64,000 bases of DNA from Candidatus Poribacteria bacterium (GTDB lineage: Bacteria; Poribacteria; WGA-4E; WGA-3G): positions 3,168,001 through 3,232,000 of the forward strand of contig OZ240248.1 of NCBI GenBank assembly GCA_965198235.1. The letters are read 5' to 3'. How positions within the stretch are numbered: the first letter of the stretch is position 1; the number at the start of each line of letters is the position of its first letter. Under the pieces are notes generated by a model, which saw only the letters and a list, made by a program, of their open reading frames with translations, did no database searches and was not told the origin of the DNA. Shown one piece after another: positions 48,066 through 58,399 of the stretch. The position numbers and the translations under genes are program-made.

Positions 48066-48164
48066 AGGACTTACGCAAATTGCGCACACGGTGGTAGATT
48101 TTGCCTTTCAAACCCCCTAAATCCCCCTTATCAGGGGGACTTATGAACGCGCTGCGTAAATCCT
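48066..48164. mobile_element. MITE-like element
   Basis: TIRs AGGACTTACGCA / TGCGTAAATCCT; flanking direct repeat TAACTCA; internal TCCCCCT-TATC-AGGGGGA hairpin. Confidence 0.65.
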
Positions 48165-48230
48165 AACTCAGATAAAGTAGCGGGTACACTCTATACGCCG
48201 TAAGCAGTTTAGGACTTGAAGGTAACCAAA

Positions 48231-48950
48231 CTATTTTTTGAGATGTGAGACGTGTGTTCCTTCAACTGGCTCAAACCGTTGCGAATTCTCACCCATATAG
48301 TGACATATAAAACTCCGCCGCCACCGGTCGCGCGTCTTATTCATGTAAGAACCGTGAATAACCTTACCATCAAAGAAAAGCGTATCACCGGGTGACATGT
48401 CTATTCCCAGTTCTTTAGCGTTTTCAGGTTTGACGGCTTGTACGTTTGTAAACGAAATAGCGGTGTCAGCTGTTTCAACAGATAGCAGTCCACATTGATG
48501 AGAACGTGGGATAAGCACCATACGCCCAACAGCTTCGTCCGATGTATCTAATGCTACCCAAACGCCGATGATTGGATCTATAGTGATGTATTGTTCATCT
48601 TGGTGTAGGGCTTGACCTCGTGCGCCGGGCGGTTTGAAATAGAGCATCGTTTGTAACAACACCGGCGTATCATTAATCAGTTGTTCCGTAACGTCAAGTA
48701 AATCGGTATCCGCTGCCCATTCTTGGGTTAATTCGTCCCAGTTGTGCATATTAATCATGCGTGGGAATTGATGGTTTGGGTCGTCGGTGTGGTCGGTTGT
48801 GCCGCCGCTGTCGCCGGGTTTCGGACCTTCTGCGCGGCGTTTCATATAATGCTCGCTCATCAATGTTACTGTGGCTGTGCTAAAGAGATTCGGAATTACC
48901 ACGAAACCCTGATCTTTATAGTAGTCTTGCTGTTGAGGGGTTAAGTCCAT
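48231..48950 (-). CDS. Phytanoyl-CoA dioxygenase (PhyH) family protein
   Basis: YFKPPG..GQALHQD, WVALD, HGS..N. Confidence 0.88.
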   Translation of the reverse strand: MDLTPQQQDYYKDQGFVVIPNLFSTATVTLMSEHYMKRRAEGPKPGDSGGTTDHTDDPNHQFPRMINMHNWDELTQEWAADTDLLDVTEQLINDTPVLLQTMLYFKPPGARGQALHQDEQYITIDPIIGVWVALDTSDEAVGRMVLIPRSHQCGLLSVETADTAISFTNVQAVKPENAKELGIDMSPGDTLFFDGKVIHGSYMNKTRDRWRRSFICHYMGENSQRFEPVEGTHVSHLKK

Positions 48951-49157
48951 AGATAGTTTCTCCCGCAGGTTGCCGGTCCGTTTTGGATAATGTTTTCAAG
49001 CCTGTCTTTATAATTTTATGGTAACTTCGTGTATTTGTCAAAGTTTTTTCTGTATGTATACAGAACATTTGGGTCTCCATAAACAGATTCTACGTGACTT
49101 TCTCGGCAAAATGTGCTATACTTATGCAAAATCTTATTGTATGGAGTTTATTTTTTG

Positions 49158-50093
49158 ATGAAAAACGAGTGGGTTGTTTACGAAGGAAACGAAGGTCCCG
49201 GAAAGGGCAAGCATATTGTTCTCGTCGGTGGCGATGAAGAGTATCGCTCTGAAGAGGCTTTGCCGATGTTGGGTAAGATGTTAGCCAGGCACCATGGGTT
49301 TACATGTACGGTGCTGTTTGCTATTGATCCGGAAACAGGCGAGATCGATCCGGAGGTGCAGACGAACATCCCGGGACTCCACCATTTAGAATCCGCGGAT
49401 ATGATGGTGCTGTTCACGCGTTTCCGCGAACTGCCCGATGAACAGATGAAATATGTCGTTGACTATACGAACGCTGGCAAACCTGTGATGGGTCTCCGCA
49501 CAGCCACACACGCTTTCAGTTATAGCCGAAACCTCGGTAGCCCGTATGCAAAATACAGTTTTAACAGTGAGGAATTTGAGGGTGGATATGGCAGGCAGGT
49601 GCTCGGCGAGACGTGGGTTAACCACCATGGACATCACGGCAAAGAGAGTGCACGTGGCGTAATTGACGAAGCGATGCAGGACCATCCAATTTTCAAAGGC
49701 GTTGACGATGTCTGGGGACCCTCCGATGTCTACGGCGTTAATGACTTGACGGGAGACGCACAGGTGCTTATCCATGGGCAGGTGCTGGTCGGTATGGATC
49801 CAACAGATGCCCCAAAACCGGATACCGTCACAATGCCGATGGTGTGGATTAAGACCTATACGGGCGATGAAGGCAACACCTCACGCGTCTTCAATACAAC
49901 GATGGGTGCCTCCGTTGATTTAGAGAGCGTAGGGCTTCGCCGTCTCCTCGTCAACGGCTGCTATTGGTGTATGGGGATGGAGGATGCAATTCCTGATAAA
50001 AGCGTTGTCGATTATGTCGGCGATTATGCACCGACGTTCTTCGGTTTCGGCACTTTTACAAAGGGTGTCCGCCCAGAAGATCACGCGCAATAA
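49158..50093 (+). CDS. ThuA-like domain protein
   Basis: DEEYRSEE, GLRTATHAF, RVFNTTMG. Confidence 0.75.
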   Translation: MKNEWVVYEGNEGPGKGKHIVLVGGDEEYRSEEALPMLGKMLARHHGFTCTVLFAIDPETGEIDPEVQTNIPGLHHLESADMMVLFTRFRELPDEQMKYVVDYTNAGKPVMGLRTATHAFSYSRNLGSPYAKYSFNSEEFEGGYGRQVLGETWVNHHGHHGKESARGVIDEAMQDHPIFKGVDDVWGPSDVYGVNDLTGDAQVLIHGQVLVGMDPTDAPKPDTVTMPMVWIKTYTGDEGNTSRVFNTTMGASVDLESVGLRRLLVNGCYWCMGMEDAIPDKSVVDYVGDYAPTFFGFGTFTKGVRPEDHAQ

Positions 50094-50229
50094 AAAGTAA
50101 CTGACTATAGTGAAATATAAGAGTATGTAGACCCCTATTGGTAGGCGCGCTTTGATGAAGATTCAGAATTTAATTCGGTAATGTGTGATGTCTGCCCCAT
50201 ACGCTAATCGCTATGGGGACCCCTGTCAG

Positions 50230-50267
50230 AAGCAGGATTTTCAGGATTCTAAGGATTTTCAGGATTG
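50230..50267 (+). repeat. Nonamer tandem repeat (CAGGATTTT-like)
   Basis: caggatttt caggattct aaggatttt caggatt. Confidence 0.7.
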
Positions 50268-50564
50268 TGTATCCTTGTTGACTGGAATTCCCATTATAGC
50301 ATTACCGAAATATTTATTTAAACTTCATGTAAGCGCGCCGATCTATGGTGTATTGCTAATTGTGAGTCTACTACAATAGATTTTTCGTGTCTTACTTGTT
50401 GTATTACTGTGAGCAAAGGTAAGGCACGAAACTTTTTAGAAGCGCGCGGTCAGAAACTTTACAAATTTATGACAAAAATGTGTCATAAATTTGACAGAAC
50501 GCAATAGATGCTGTATCCTATATACCTGTCCTCAACTATAAACAACAAATAAAAGGAAATTACC

Positions 50565-51683
50565 ATGGTAAATACAAAAAGAGTCCGAAACGCACAGGAT
50601 AGGATGAAACAGCAGGGCATTGATGCTTATCTCATTCTGACGCATGATGATTATATCTACTTTTTCGGAGAGGATCGGTATCAACCCCGCGCTATCATTC
50701 CAGCAGAGGGTGTGCCTATTGTTGTAACATTCGCAGGTGAGGAAGACGAGGTGAAGGCATCTTTGGGGGTTGAAGATGTCCGAATATTCGGTTCCGTGGG
50801 ACAACAGATCAAAGATGTCGTTCAGGTGATGCGTGGTATGATAGGCGAGAAGGAGAAACTCACAATCGGGGTGCAGATGTGGTTTTCAACGCCTGCCTTC
50901 TTACTGAACATGTTCCAAAGAGCGAATCCACGCGTCAACGTCGTAGATGTCGCTCCTGTTATGGACGAACTCCGTATGGTGAAGGACACCTCTGAGGTAG
51001 CACTCATGAAGCGTGCATCGGAAATTGCTGGCATCGGTATGGAAACAGCAGTCAAGACGCTCAAGCCCGGTATAACGGAAAACGAGGTCGCAGCAGAAGT
51101 GGAATATGCCATGCGAAAAGCGGGTGGACATGGTGTTGCAACGCCCGTGTTCGTGAATTCTGGCGTTCGTTCAGGATGGCTGCACGGAACAGCCTCCGAC
51201 AAGGTAATTGAGAGCGGGGACCTCGTTGTCCTTGACCTGGTGCCGCGTTATAAAGGTTATTGTGCGAACCTCTGCCGAACCTTTGTCGTTGGTACACCCT
51301 CTGCTAAACAGTCGGAGATGTTTACAACTTATAAACAGGCACAAGCCGCGGGAATAGAAGCCTTAAAACCGGGTGCGAAAATGCGGGATATTGATGCTGT
51401 GGCAAAGAAAGTTTTCACTGAGAATGGTTACGGAGAATTTTATGTTGCCGGTATCAGCCATAGTATTGGATTAGGTTTTGAAGAGACACCGGCACCGACG
51501 ATTCACCCCGGCGATTCTGGTATTCAGATTTGTGACGGAATGACGGTAACCGTCGGACATCCAGTCCTCTCTGTTCCTGGAACAGGCGGCGTACGGTTAG
51601 AGGATACATTCCACATTTCGGAAGGGATAGCACAGCTCTTGACGGTTTTTCCTTCGGAGTTCGCGTTATCTAATTACACTTAA
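50565..51683 (+). CDS. Xaa-Pro aminopeptidase, M24 family
   Basis: Creatinase N-terminus; LRMVKD..E; HSIGL; GVRLED. Confidence 0.88.
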   Translation: MVNTKRVRNAQDRMKQQGIDAYLILTHDDYIYFFGEDRYQPRAIIPAEGVPIVVTFAGEEDEVKASLGVEDVRIFGSVGQQIKDVVQVMRGMIGEKEKLTIGVQMWFSTPAFLLNMFQRANPRVNVVDVAPVMDELRMVKDTSEVALMKRASEIAGIGMETAVKTLKPGITENEVAAEVEYAMRKAGGHGVATPVFVNSGVRSGWLHGTASDKVIESGDLVVLDLVPRYKGYCANLCRTFVVGTPSAKQSEMFTTYKQAQAAGIEALKPGAKMRDIDAVAKKVFTENGYGEFYVAGISHSIGLGFEETPAPTIHPGDSGIQICDGMTVTVGHPVLSVPGTGGVRLEDTFHISEGIAQLLTVFPSEFALSNYT

Positions 51684-51792
51684 GTTATGGAACGTGTGCA
51701 GCGGATGCTTTGGGCGGGACTGGTTAAGCTGTTCAGACTTAATGAGTGATAACAAAAAAGCCGTCGAATTGTGGAAACCGACGGCGTGCTTA

Positions 51793-52050
51793 TCAGATCC
51801 GCCTATCGTACTCACCATGTTTTCCGATCCAAATCCAAGTTAAAATGCCCTCATGTTCAATTGCTAATGCTCGATAGTTATCATTAACTCTTGCGGACCA
51901 ATAATTGCCGTGCTGAGTCTTCTTTAACATGAGTGAAGGATGGTCAGGGTTTTGCTTTAGGAGTTCAAATTGCTTATCTGCGCGTCTTTGAATGTCTCGT
52001 GGAAGTCTGCGATAATAATCCCAAAACTTACGGGTTGTTTTATAAATCAA
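51793..52050 (-). CDS. RelE/ParE-like toxin
   Basis: F...Y..LP..IQ..ADKQF.LL..NP.HPSL...WSARV...YRAL...W.WIG.H..YD. Confidence 0.8.
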   Translation of the reverse strand: MIYKTTRKFWDYYRRLPRDIQRRADKQFELLKQNPDHPSLMLKKTQHGNYWSARVNDNYRALAIEHEGILTWIWIGKHGEYDRRI

Positions 52051-52402
52051 TAACCCTTCCAGCCTTTATCTCTTCGAGTGCTTCCTCGCGTAGATAATCC
52101 AGTTTTCCGGCTTTTATATCTTCTTCGAGTTGTTTATCCCAAGCTTCCTCGCGAGCCTCTAAAGCTTCACGGAGTTGTGCTGTGAGACGTTTCAACAGTT
52201 CTGTTTTTGTCTTTCCTTCACACTCAACTTCTGGAACATCTGGAATCCATCCGCGCCATCCAGCAGACTTTTTTGCTACATGGGCAGTGTAGGTTTCCTC
52301 AAAGACGGGATCTATTATTTCAACAGACTGAAGCCGTGTGTGTTCAACGGTTTGTTCGGACACATCATCGGCGGCAATCCGCTCATTTGTGATACGTGTC
52401 AT
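52040..52402 (-). CDS. Antitoxin with HicB-like segment and C-terminal WDKQLEED..AGKLD motif
   Basis: GW.GWIPDVP....G.T..E followed by the acidic antitoxin tail; overlaps the toxin start. Confidence 0.65.
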   Translation of the reverse strand: MTRITNERIAADDVSEQTVEHTRLQSVEIIDPVFEETYTAHVAKKSAGWRGWIPDVPEVECEGKTKTELLKRLTAQLREALEAREEAWDKQLEEDIKAGKLDYLREEALEEIKAGRVIDL

Positions 52403-52547
52403 ATATGTTCACCCCCAACATAGAGCAATCTTTACTTGCTATAAACATGGGATCACTTGCAACTGGCTCGCTACCGTCCAGCGGTAGGAACAGGACTCGA
52501 CCCTTGTGCGCGCCGAGGTAAAGCCGCTACCCCGCAAATCGTATATA

Positions 52548-52576
52548 ATAATACCACTTGTTGTCAGCAAAGTCAA
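52548..52576 (-). promoter_or_regulatory. sigma70 promoter of the TA operon
   Basis: TTGACT-17-TATTAT with extended TG. Confidence 0.6.
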
Positions 52577-52701
52577 ACTTTTTCTTTACTAATGTATCTA
52601 ATTTGATGTTATGTAAAGCAGAACGAATATCGTGCGGAAACTAAGGGTATTTTGTATGTGTCCGCACGATATTCAAACGTTTGTAGAGTAAATAACGGCT
52701 C

Positions 52702-55700
52702 TCAACGTTTAGGACGACGCAGCACAACGCCTCCTTGCCCAACAACCCACAATGTATCTCCATCTTTGCCACGCGTGATTGTATACAGATCGTTTTCAGT
52801 GCTGGTATGCTCTTGTTCCCATGTTTCGCCCCCATTTGTCGAATGAATGATGGTTCCAGAGGCACCCACTGCGTAGAGTTCCTGTTCAGAGAGAGCCAAA
52901 ATATCGTAAAGCGTTTCTGGCACCTTGTTCAATTTCGACTTCCAAGTGAATCCGCCATCGGAGGTGGATAGGATAATTCCTGCACGTCCGACAGCCCATC
53001 CTCTTCGTTTCGTAATGAACGATACTCCGTATAGGTCGTAGCCAGCGTATGTTTCATGGAACTTCCAGTATTCACCACCATTGACGGTTCTCTGGATGAC
53101 CCCGTTGGTCCCAACCGCCCAACCGAGGGGTGCAAATTTCATGTCAATGCTCGTGAGGGTTTTACCGGTTGAGGTGCGCTGTAGCTTCCAAATCGGACCG
53201 CCATCCAGATTGTGGATAATTTCTCCATTCTCACCGACCGCCCATCCTTCAGAAAACTTGCCAAAGGCAACCTCATTTATGGAGAGTGGAGGTAGTTGAT
53301 GCTGGGGAAGCAGAGGTAGTTCGCGCTGTGGAAGTTCTTGGTTGTCGTCTGTTGACCAGTCATCCCCATCGGTAGTGTAAAGCAAGGTTCCATCCCTTTC
53401 CATCGCCCACCCCCATTTCGGATCAAGACTGATAAAGTGAACATCGACGATACGATCCGTAGTACCGCTCTCCAAACGCTTCCAATTTTCTCCGCCATCT
53501 TCTGTTGACAGCAAGACCCCGTTATCCCCGGCAATCCAACCGTTTTGCTCATCAAGGAATTGCACATCACGGAAGTTATCAAGGGGTTCACCGAGTTGAT
53601 GCTGCCAGGTCTTTCCGCCATCTGTGGTGGCGTAAATCTGACCGGTAGATGCACCTGATTCGTTGGAACCACCAATATCAGCTCCGGTCAGTTCTCTATC
53701 GTGAATTTGTTCTCCGGCGACTAACCAACCGTGACCATTAGGTAGGAAATGCGCGTTGGTAATTCGGATTAAGAATCCAAAAGAACGATCTGCTGCCATT
53801 CTTTCTATCCAACTTTCCGATTCACCGTTTGCAGTTTCCCTCTCAGGCAAGGAATAGGAATACGTTACTTCCCAATTCTTACCTTGGTTTTGGGTTGTAA
53901 GAATTGTATGTCCGCCATCAATTGCCCAAGCCTCAGTGTGATTGTGGAATTTCACGGTAAGCAGATGGATATCCAAATTCGTTCCTTTGATATCTCGTTC
54001 TGCTTCCAAATCCCGTTTCCAACTTTCTCCGCCATCTGTGGTAAGGAGTGAGGTTCCGTTTTCCAGGACCGCCCATCCGGATGTGGCATTCAGAAAGTGG
54101 ACCCCGATGCAACGGTGATGGGTTTTGGCTTGGATTTGCCAGTAATCACCACCATCAACCGTGTGCAGAATAAATCCACCGGTCCGCCGTTGTGGTGCAA
54201 CTGCCCATCCCTCTTTACTATTGATAAAATGTAAGTGCGTAATTGGGTGCTGAGTTGTTCCTGTTTGCTGAAGCGTCCAGGTTTTGCCACCATCGCTTGT
54301 ACGCAGGATTTGTCCTCTATCAGCACCGAGCCATCCTTCTTTCGGGTTGATGAAGTGTAACGCACGGATATTGTGGAAGTTTTTCAACCCGTTACGGATA
54401 ATTTGCCAAGTTTTACCGCCGTTTTCGGTTCGCAGTAGCACGCCTTCACCGCTAATCCAACCGTATTTTTCATCAATGAAAACAATCCGTTGCAATGTTT
54501 CTGATACACCACTCTGTTGCGGCTGCCACGCTTTGCCACCATCTGTGGTCCGTAAAATGGTGCCGCCGCTACCCACTGTCCATCCGTGCTGTGCAGACAG
54601 AAAATAGGTGTCGGTAAATTCGGCTTGCCAGTTCCCCTGACGGACGATTTCCCAGTAGTATTCAATTGCTTCAATCGGTTTCTCATCCGTTTCCATTTCT
54701 TGCGCAACAGGTGGCAATTCGACAATAAATTTCTCCGTGTCCACAGAGTAGCGCATCGCAATGCCGCCCTCACCGACAGCGAGGATACCATCAGGAGAAA
54801 GCGAAAAGCTATAGAGATCATTGGACGTGCCACTGTTCTGTAACTCCCATGTAATGCCGCCGTTGATAGTCGTCAAAATGACACCTTCGTCCCCTACAAT
54901 TAACCCGTGATTTGCATCGGCAAAGTAGACTTTGTTCAGATTCGCCTGCGTCCCACTTCGTTGGAATTTCCACGTTTTTCCGCCATCGAGGGTATGTAAA
55001 ATCTCGCCGAATTGTCCGACCACCCAACCGGTGTGCCTGTCGATGAAGTAAGCGGCGTAGAGTTCGTTGTAACTGTTGCTGTTCTGTCGTTTCCACGTCA
55101 GTCCACCATCTTCGGTGTGGAAAACAATACCGGGCCAACCGACGACCCAACCCTCCGTTTCATTGAGGAAAAAGATCCCTTTAATCATTTCGTGAAAGTA
55201 TCGTGGTGCTTGTTGTATCCACGTTTCGCCACCGTCTGTTGTATGAAGCACTGTCCCCAAATCGCCAACGATCCAGCCTTTCTGCGGATTGATGAAATGG
55301 AGGGCATTGAGAGTATACCACCATCCGCTGGTTTGCCGCTCCCACGTCTGACCGGCATCGGTTGTGTGAAGGATAAACCCGCCGTCGCCAACCGCCCAGC
55401 CTTCCCTGTCAGTGACGAAAGATAGATTACGGATACGGTGCCAAGTGTCCGTCTCAATGTTGGTCCAGGTTTTACCACTGTCGTCACTTGTCGCAATTGT
55501 GCCCTTCTCTCCAACGGCAACCGCACGGTTTGCATCCGCAAATGCGACACTCTGCAGTGCATCGGCTGTCGTGCCGCTTCTCATGTTCCATGTTACCCCT
55601 CCGTCTGTCGAATGTAGGAGGGTGCCGTTCCAACCGACTGCCCATGCCTCTTTAGGAGTCGCAAAATGAACACCCATCAAGTCATTCTTGGTCTGGTTTT

Positions 55701-56577
55701 CTGTTAATTTCCAGTTGTCCCCACCATCTTCGGTTCGGATGATAAACCCGCCCTGCGCGACCGCCACGCCGTAGTCATCGTTAATGAAATGGAAGTCATT
55801 GACGGTTGGACGGACATGTCCATAAATCATTGGAAGTCGACTGTACTGTGAACGCCATTCTACCCCACCGTTGGTAGTATGAAAAATGGTCCCATCTGTA
55901 CCACCGCTCCACCCCTCATAAGGAGTCGCAAAAAATACAGTGTGGAGGTTGCAAACCTCCGATGTATCATGTTCCATTCTCACAAGCTCATTCTGTCTAT
56001 GCCAAGTTTGGCTGCCGTCTCTGGTGACAAAGATCCTGTCGTAATCTCCGACTATCCATCCGCGCTGCTTTTCTGTAAACCAGATACCGCCGAGTCCGAA
56101 TTCGCTCGCTTCCTGATGGTTCCACGTTTTTCCACCGTTTTTCGTATATAACAGCCCATCCTGTCCGGTGATCCAGCCGGTCTTTGAATTGGTGAAAAAG
56201 ACATCCATAAGCAGTCCGTAAGATTGAGTCTTTTGAAGAGTCCAATGTCGTCCACCGTCGTCAGTCGTGGCAATTAACCCTTTGTCCCCAACCGCCCAAC
56301 CGTTACGGAGATTTGTGAAATAAACCGCTTTGAAATCCTCATTCGTATTCACCGTCTGTTTTTCCCAATTCTCGCCTCCGTCAGCGGTATGGAGAATCCA
56401 CCCTTGATGTCCGACAATCCATCCGTATTTAGCATCCGCGAAGTAGATGTCCGTAAAATGGGTTTGCCAGTCGGCTATGCGCGTAACCTCCTTTTTTACA
56501 CAACCAGTCAACAGGAAAGGAGTTCCAAAAAGAGTTACTATCCAAAAGCAAGTGATGTGTTGAAGAATCTTTTTCAT
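52702..56577 (-). CDS. Large YCF48/BNR-repeat multi-propeller lipoprotein
   Basis: GAGGT SD; lipobox LTGC; many repeats of F....GW.VG..G.I..T.DGG.TW. Confidence 0.88.
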   Translation of the reverse strand: MKKILQHITCFWIVTLFGTPFLLTGCVKKEVTRIADWQTHFTDIYFADAKYGWIVGHQGWILHTADGGENWEKQTVNTNEDFKAVYFTNLRNGWAVGDKGLIATTDDGGRHWTLQKTQSYGLLMDVFFTNSKTGWITGQDGLLYTKNGGKTWNHQEASEFGLGGIWFTEKQRGWIVGDYDRIFVTRDGSQTWHRQNELVRMEHDTSEVCNLHTVFFATPYEGWSGGTDGTIFHTTNGGVEWRSQYSRLPMIYGHVRPTVNDFHFINDDYGVAVAQGGFIIRTEDGGDNWKLTENQTKNDLMGVHFATPKEAWAVGWNGTLLHSTDGGVTWNMRSGTTADALQSVAFADANRAVAVGEKGTIATSDDSGKTWTNIETDTWHRIRNLSFVTDREGWAVGDGGFILHTTDAGQTWERQTSGWWYTLNALHFINPQKGWIVGDLGTVLHTTDGGETWIQQAPRYFHEMIKGIFFLNETEGWVVGWPGIVFHTEDGGLTWKRQNSNSYNELYAAYFIDRHTGWVVGQFGEILHTLDGGKTWKFQRSGTQANLNKVYFADANHGLIVGDEGVILTTINGGITWELQNSGTSNDLYSFSLSPDGILAVGEGGIAMRYSVDTEKFIVELPPVAQEMETDEKPIEAIEYYWEIVRQGNWQAEFTDTYFLSAQHGWTVGSGGTILRTTDGGKAWQPQQSGVSETLQRIVFIDEKYGWISGEGVLLRTENGGKTWQIIRNGLKNFHNIRALHFINPKEGWLGADRGQILRTSDGGKTWTLQQTGTTQHPITHLHFINSKEGWAVAPQRRTGGFILHTVDGGDYWQIQAKTHHRCIGVHFLNATSGWAVLENGTSLLTTDGGESWKRDLEAERDIKGTNLDIHLLTVKFHNHTEAWAIDGGHTILTTQNQGKNWEVTYSYSLPERETANGESESWIERMAADRSFGFLIRITNAHFLPNGHGWLVAGEQIHDRELTGADIGGSNESGASTGQIYATTDGGKTWQHQLGEPLDNFRDVQFLDEQNGWIAGDNGVLLSTEDGGENWKRLESGTTDRIVDVHFISLDPKWGWAMERDGTLLYTTDGDDWSTDDNQELPQRELPLLPQHQLPPLSINEVAFGKFSEGWAVGENGEIIHNLDGGPIWKLQRTSTGKTLTSIDMKFAPLGWAVGTNGVIQRTVNGGEYWKFHETYAGYDLYGVSFITKRRGWAVGRAGIILSTSDGGFTWKSKLNKVPETLYDILALSEQELYAVGASGTIIHSTNGGETWEQEHTSTENDLYTITRGKDGDTLWVVGQGGVVLRRPKR

Positions 56578-56641
56578 TTGTTCTACCTCTTTTGTTGATG
56601 TCTCTGTGTTAAGAAGTACTGAAGAATTTTCGTATTTTCGA

Positions 56642-57880
56642 TTAATTGCCTGAGTTTTGAGATGGGAGATAAACCCCGACTGCGGCACCGGCATCCGTAG
56701 CGAACCAGAGTTTACCACTGCTGTCCTCAAATACCGACCAGACACGGTTGCTCGGCAGACCGTCGTCTTTGTTGAAGTTTTGGAACGTCTCACCGTTATA
56801 TACACTTACGCCGGATTCAGCTTCAGGAAAAATCATGCTGATATTGTCCTCAGTTTCATGCCTCTTCGGAGGTAGTTTCTTAACACCTGTAAACCAGAGG
56901 TTGCCGCTGCTGTCCTGCATGATGTTGTTAACGCTATTCATTGGAAGTTCATCACTTTGTGGAAAAGTCGTCAGTTTTTTGCCGTTGTATTGACGAATGC
57001 CAGAGTTCTCCTCGTCCATCCCATCTTGACTCATCCAGAGATTTTCCTTCGCATCGAACTGCAGATCTATTATGTGAGCGGTTCCTGATTTCCCCATCTC
57101 TTGGAAAGGGGTGAAATCCGAATCAACACCGAAATAACGGAAACCGGACGTTTGGACATTGTAGTAGGTAATGCCAGCTGTGCTTCCAAACCAAAAATTT
57201 CCTGCTGTATCCTGTGCAATTGCTGTGACTTCATCCCACCAATCGGGTAATACTTCCATCCCCATGGGTCCGTTCATAATAATATTGCTGAACTTTTCGC
57301 CGTCGTAACGACTCACACCCGACGATGTTGCGAACCAAAGTGTGCCTGCCTTGTCCTCAACTATATCTTTAACGGTATCATAAGCGAGGCCGTCGGCTGT
57401 CGTGAAAATTCTGAACGCATGTCCGTCGTAGCGACTCACGCCTTTTAACGGGATGGGCTTTATTGTTCTTGCCGGTGTTTCATTGTGTGGCGTGATATCG
57501 AGTTCACTCAATGGCGTTTCCATCCATGACATGTCCATAGCCTTTTCTCTTTCCAAGACGCTTGAAAGCACGCCGTCACCGAACCAGAGCATTCCTCGCT
57601 GGTCTTCAAAGATAAGCCCTATCGTGTTCTGTACTAATCCGTCTTCTGTTGTAAAGGTTTGGAAATTCTCTCCATCATAACGGGTGAGTCCATTGGTCGT
57701 TCCAAACCACAGAGTGCCGTGGCTGTCTTCAAAAATGGTAAGCACTGTATTTGATGCCAAACCGTCTGCTTCGGTCAAGGTTTTTTCGATTTTGAGTTTT
57801 GCTGCGTGGATAACGGATATTGTCCAGTTTGACAGCAGGAATGCAATTAGTATTATGAGACACGATCGTTGACTTTTCAC
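56642..57880 (-). CDS. Secreted two-component-regulator propeller (Reg_prop) repeat protein
   Basis: Repeated DGL....V..I.ED..G.LWF.T..G..RYDG. Confidence 0.85.
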   Translation of the reverse strand: MKSQRSCLIILIAFLLSNWTISVIHAAKLKIEKTLTEADGLASNTVLTIFEDSHGTLWFGTTNGLTRYDGENFQTFTTEDGLVQNTIGLIFEDQRGMLWFGDGVLSSVLEREKAMDMSWMETPLSELDITPHNETPARTIKPIPLKGVSRYDGHAFRIFTTADGLAYDTVKDIVEDKAGTLWFATSSGVSRYDGEKFSNIIMNGPMGMEVLPDWWDEVTAIAQDTAGNFWFGSTAGITYYNVQTSGFRYFGVDSDFTPFQEMGKSGTAHIIDLQFDAKENLWMSQDGMDEENSGIRQYNGKKLTTFPQSDELPMNSVNNIMQDSSGNLWFTGVKKLPPKRHETEDNISMIFPEAESGVSVYNGETFQNFNKDDGLPSNRVWSVFEDSSGKLWFATDAGAAVGVYLPSQNSGN

Positions 57881-57924
57881 TGAGGCGACTCCTTTCGTTA
57901 AAACTACGGTTGAAATGTTAGATT

Positions 57925-58039
57925 TATAGTGAAGCCTATAATTACTTGGACATTCTGAATAAGCGAGGTTACAAACCCCGCCAGCGCAGGAGGGGTTGTT
58001 ATTCCCAGAAGTATCAACTTATTTTTGGGTTTTACTATA
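57925..58039. mobile_element. MITE-like element (second copy)
   Basis: TATAGTGAAGCC ... GGTTTTACTATA termini; same internal motifs as 44459-44575. Confidence 0.6.
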
Positions 58040-58399
58040 AGTATATGCAATTTATGTGCCAATCCGAAAAGGAGAATATCTGGAAAACACTGCACCAAAT
58101 GGGGCAGATAAAATAAATAGATGCACAAATTTGGGCAGGGAGCGAGGTTAGGAAACCTCGTCACCGAGGAGCGGACGCGTATACGTTATTCTGTCTACGT
58201 GATTTTTCCATTGTAATATCTATCATATCAATATATATGACGCGGGTTAGGGGCGAAACGGTTGCCTAATTCTCGAAAAATTGGGGAAGTTGTAATAAAG
58301 GGATAGATTAAATCTATCCCTTTTGGTGTCCTGAAAGGAAAGTATAGGAAGGGATATGCTTGAAAGACTAAACCTCGCCGGCGAATTGCCAGATGCCGT

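Noticed and set aside
48027-48230. Lysine riboswitch before lysC
   Set aside because: No L-box motifs; the space is occupied by a MITE-like element
52488-52536. tRNA gene (GGGTCGAGTCC resembles a T-arm)
   Set aside because: No TTC T-loop, cloverleaf or acceptor stem can be built
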